Virus genome (UHGV): UHGV-0438775
DNA: 5,176 nucleotides
Origin: a virus
Direction: 5' to 3' (one strand)
Within the stretch, counting starts at the first letter, position 1, and the number at the start of each line of letters is the position of its first letter. The position numbers and the translations under genes are program-made. This document shows, one piece after another, positions 4,940 to 5,176 of this stretch. The notes under the pieces were generated by a model. That model worked only from the letters and a program-made list of their open reading frames with translations. It was not told where the DNA came from and searched no databases.

Positions 4940-5176
4940 GTATGTGGCTAGAGAGCCACAGAGTACAGTATCTGATACTCTACCTAATCAAACAGTAGAT
5001 TTGTCTATACTCGTCAAACAGTTAATGGACGGTCAAGCCCTTAATGTTGGGTTGTCTTTGTCTTCGGATTCTTCCGATACTTTGGACACTCCCGATATAT
5101 CTAAGTTTGATATGCGTCATATGACTGTGGCTGATGTGGATAATTTGCTTGCTAAGGTCTCGCCGGTGAAAATTGA
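4920..5176 (+). CDS. VP3: Probable VP3 internal scaffolding protein, 5'-partial (runs off the window end)
   Basis: The frame-0 ORF opens after a TAA at 4890-4892 and its first ATG is at 4920. There is no stop through 5176. The translation is MEKRKYKYVAREPQSTVSDTLPNQTVDLSILVKQLMDGQALNVGLSLSSDSSDTLDTPDISKFDMRHMTVADVDNLLAKVSPVKI.... It is acidic and Ser/Asp-rich, as scaffold proteins are. The call rests mainly on VP1-VP2-VP3 synteny in Gokushovirinae. Confidence 0.5.
   Translation, partial: MEKRKYKYVAREPQSTVSDTLPNQTVDLSILVKQLMDGQALNVGLSLSSDSSDTLDTPDISKFDMRHMTVADVDNLLAKVSPVKI

Noticed and set aside
1-5176. CRISPR arrays, tRNA/rRNA genes, and transposase or integrase genes.
   Set aside because: There are no regularly spaced direct repeats and no tRNA-like cloverleaf candidates. 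All large ORFs are accounted for by microvirus proteins. Nothing supports these feature types.

Overview
The window reads as most of a small circular ssDNA phage genome of the family Microviridae, with a Gokushovirinae-type gene order (VP4-VP5 position-VP1-VP2-VP3). All credible genes are on the + strand and tightly packed, with gaps of 2-8 nt between most of them. From 5' to 3': (i) a 340-nt non-coding control region; (ii) VP4/Rep, the rolling-circle initiator (341-1279), with intact HUH motifs I, II and III; (iii) a tiny 42-aa transmembrane ORF (1282-1410) absent from the ORF track; (iv) a 132-aa acidic protein of unknown function (1417-1815) in the VP5 position; (v) VP1, the major capsid protein (1819-3720); (vi) VP2, the minor capsid/DNA-pilot protein (3729-4763), which carries an internal duplication; (vii) a second tiny 45-aa transmembrane ORF (4802-4939), also absent from the ORF track; and (viii) the 5' part of a probable VP3 scaffold gene (4920 to the window end). 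The control region contains a roughly 100-nt GC-rich compound hairpin followed by a T-tract, and two adjacent stem-loops. One of these stem-loops presents, in its loop, a sequence close to the phiX174 gene-A nick site (ACTTG/A). A Bacteroides-type -7 promoter motif (TAnnTTTG) lies just downstream. No start codon has a Shine-Dalgarno sequence, which fits a Bacteroidetes host. The most interesting items are the two unannotated single-TM miniproteins that exactly fill the only two intergenic gaps, which makes them candidate single-gene lysis or membrane factors in a phage group with no recognised lysis gene. The second is the candidate origin hairpin. No rRNA, tRNA, CRISPR array or transposase signal is visible.
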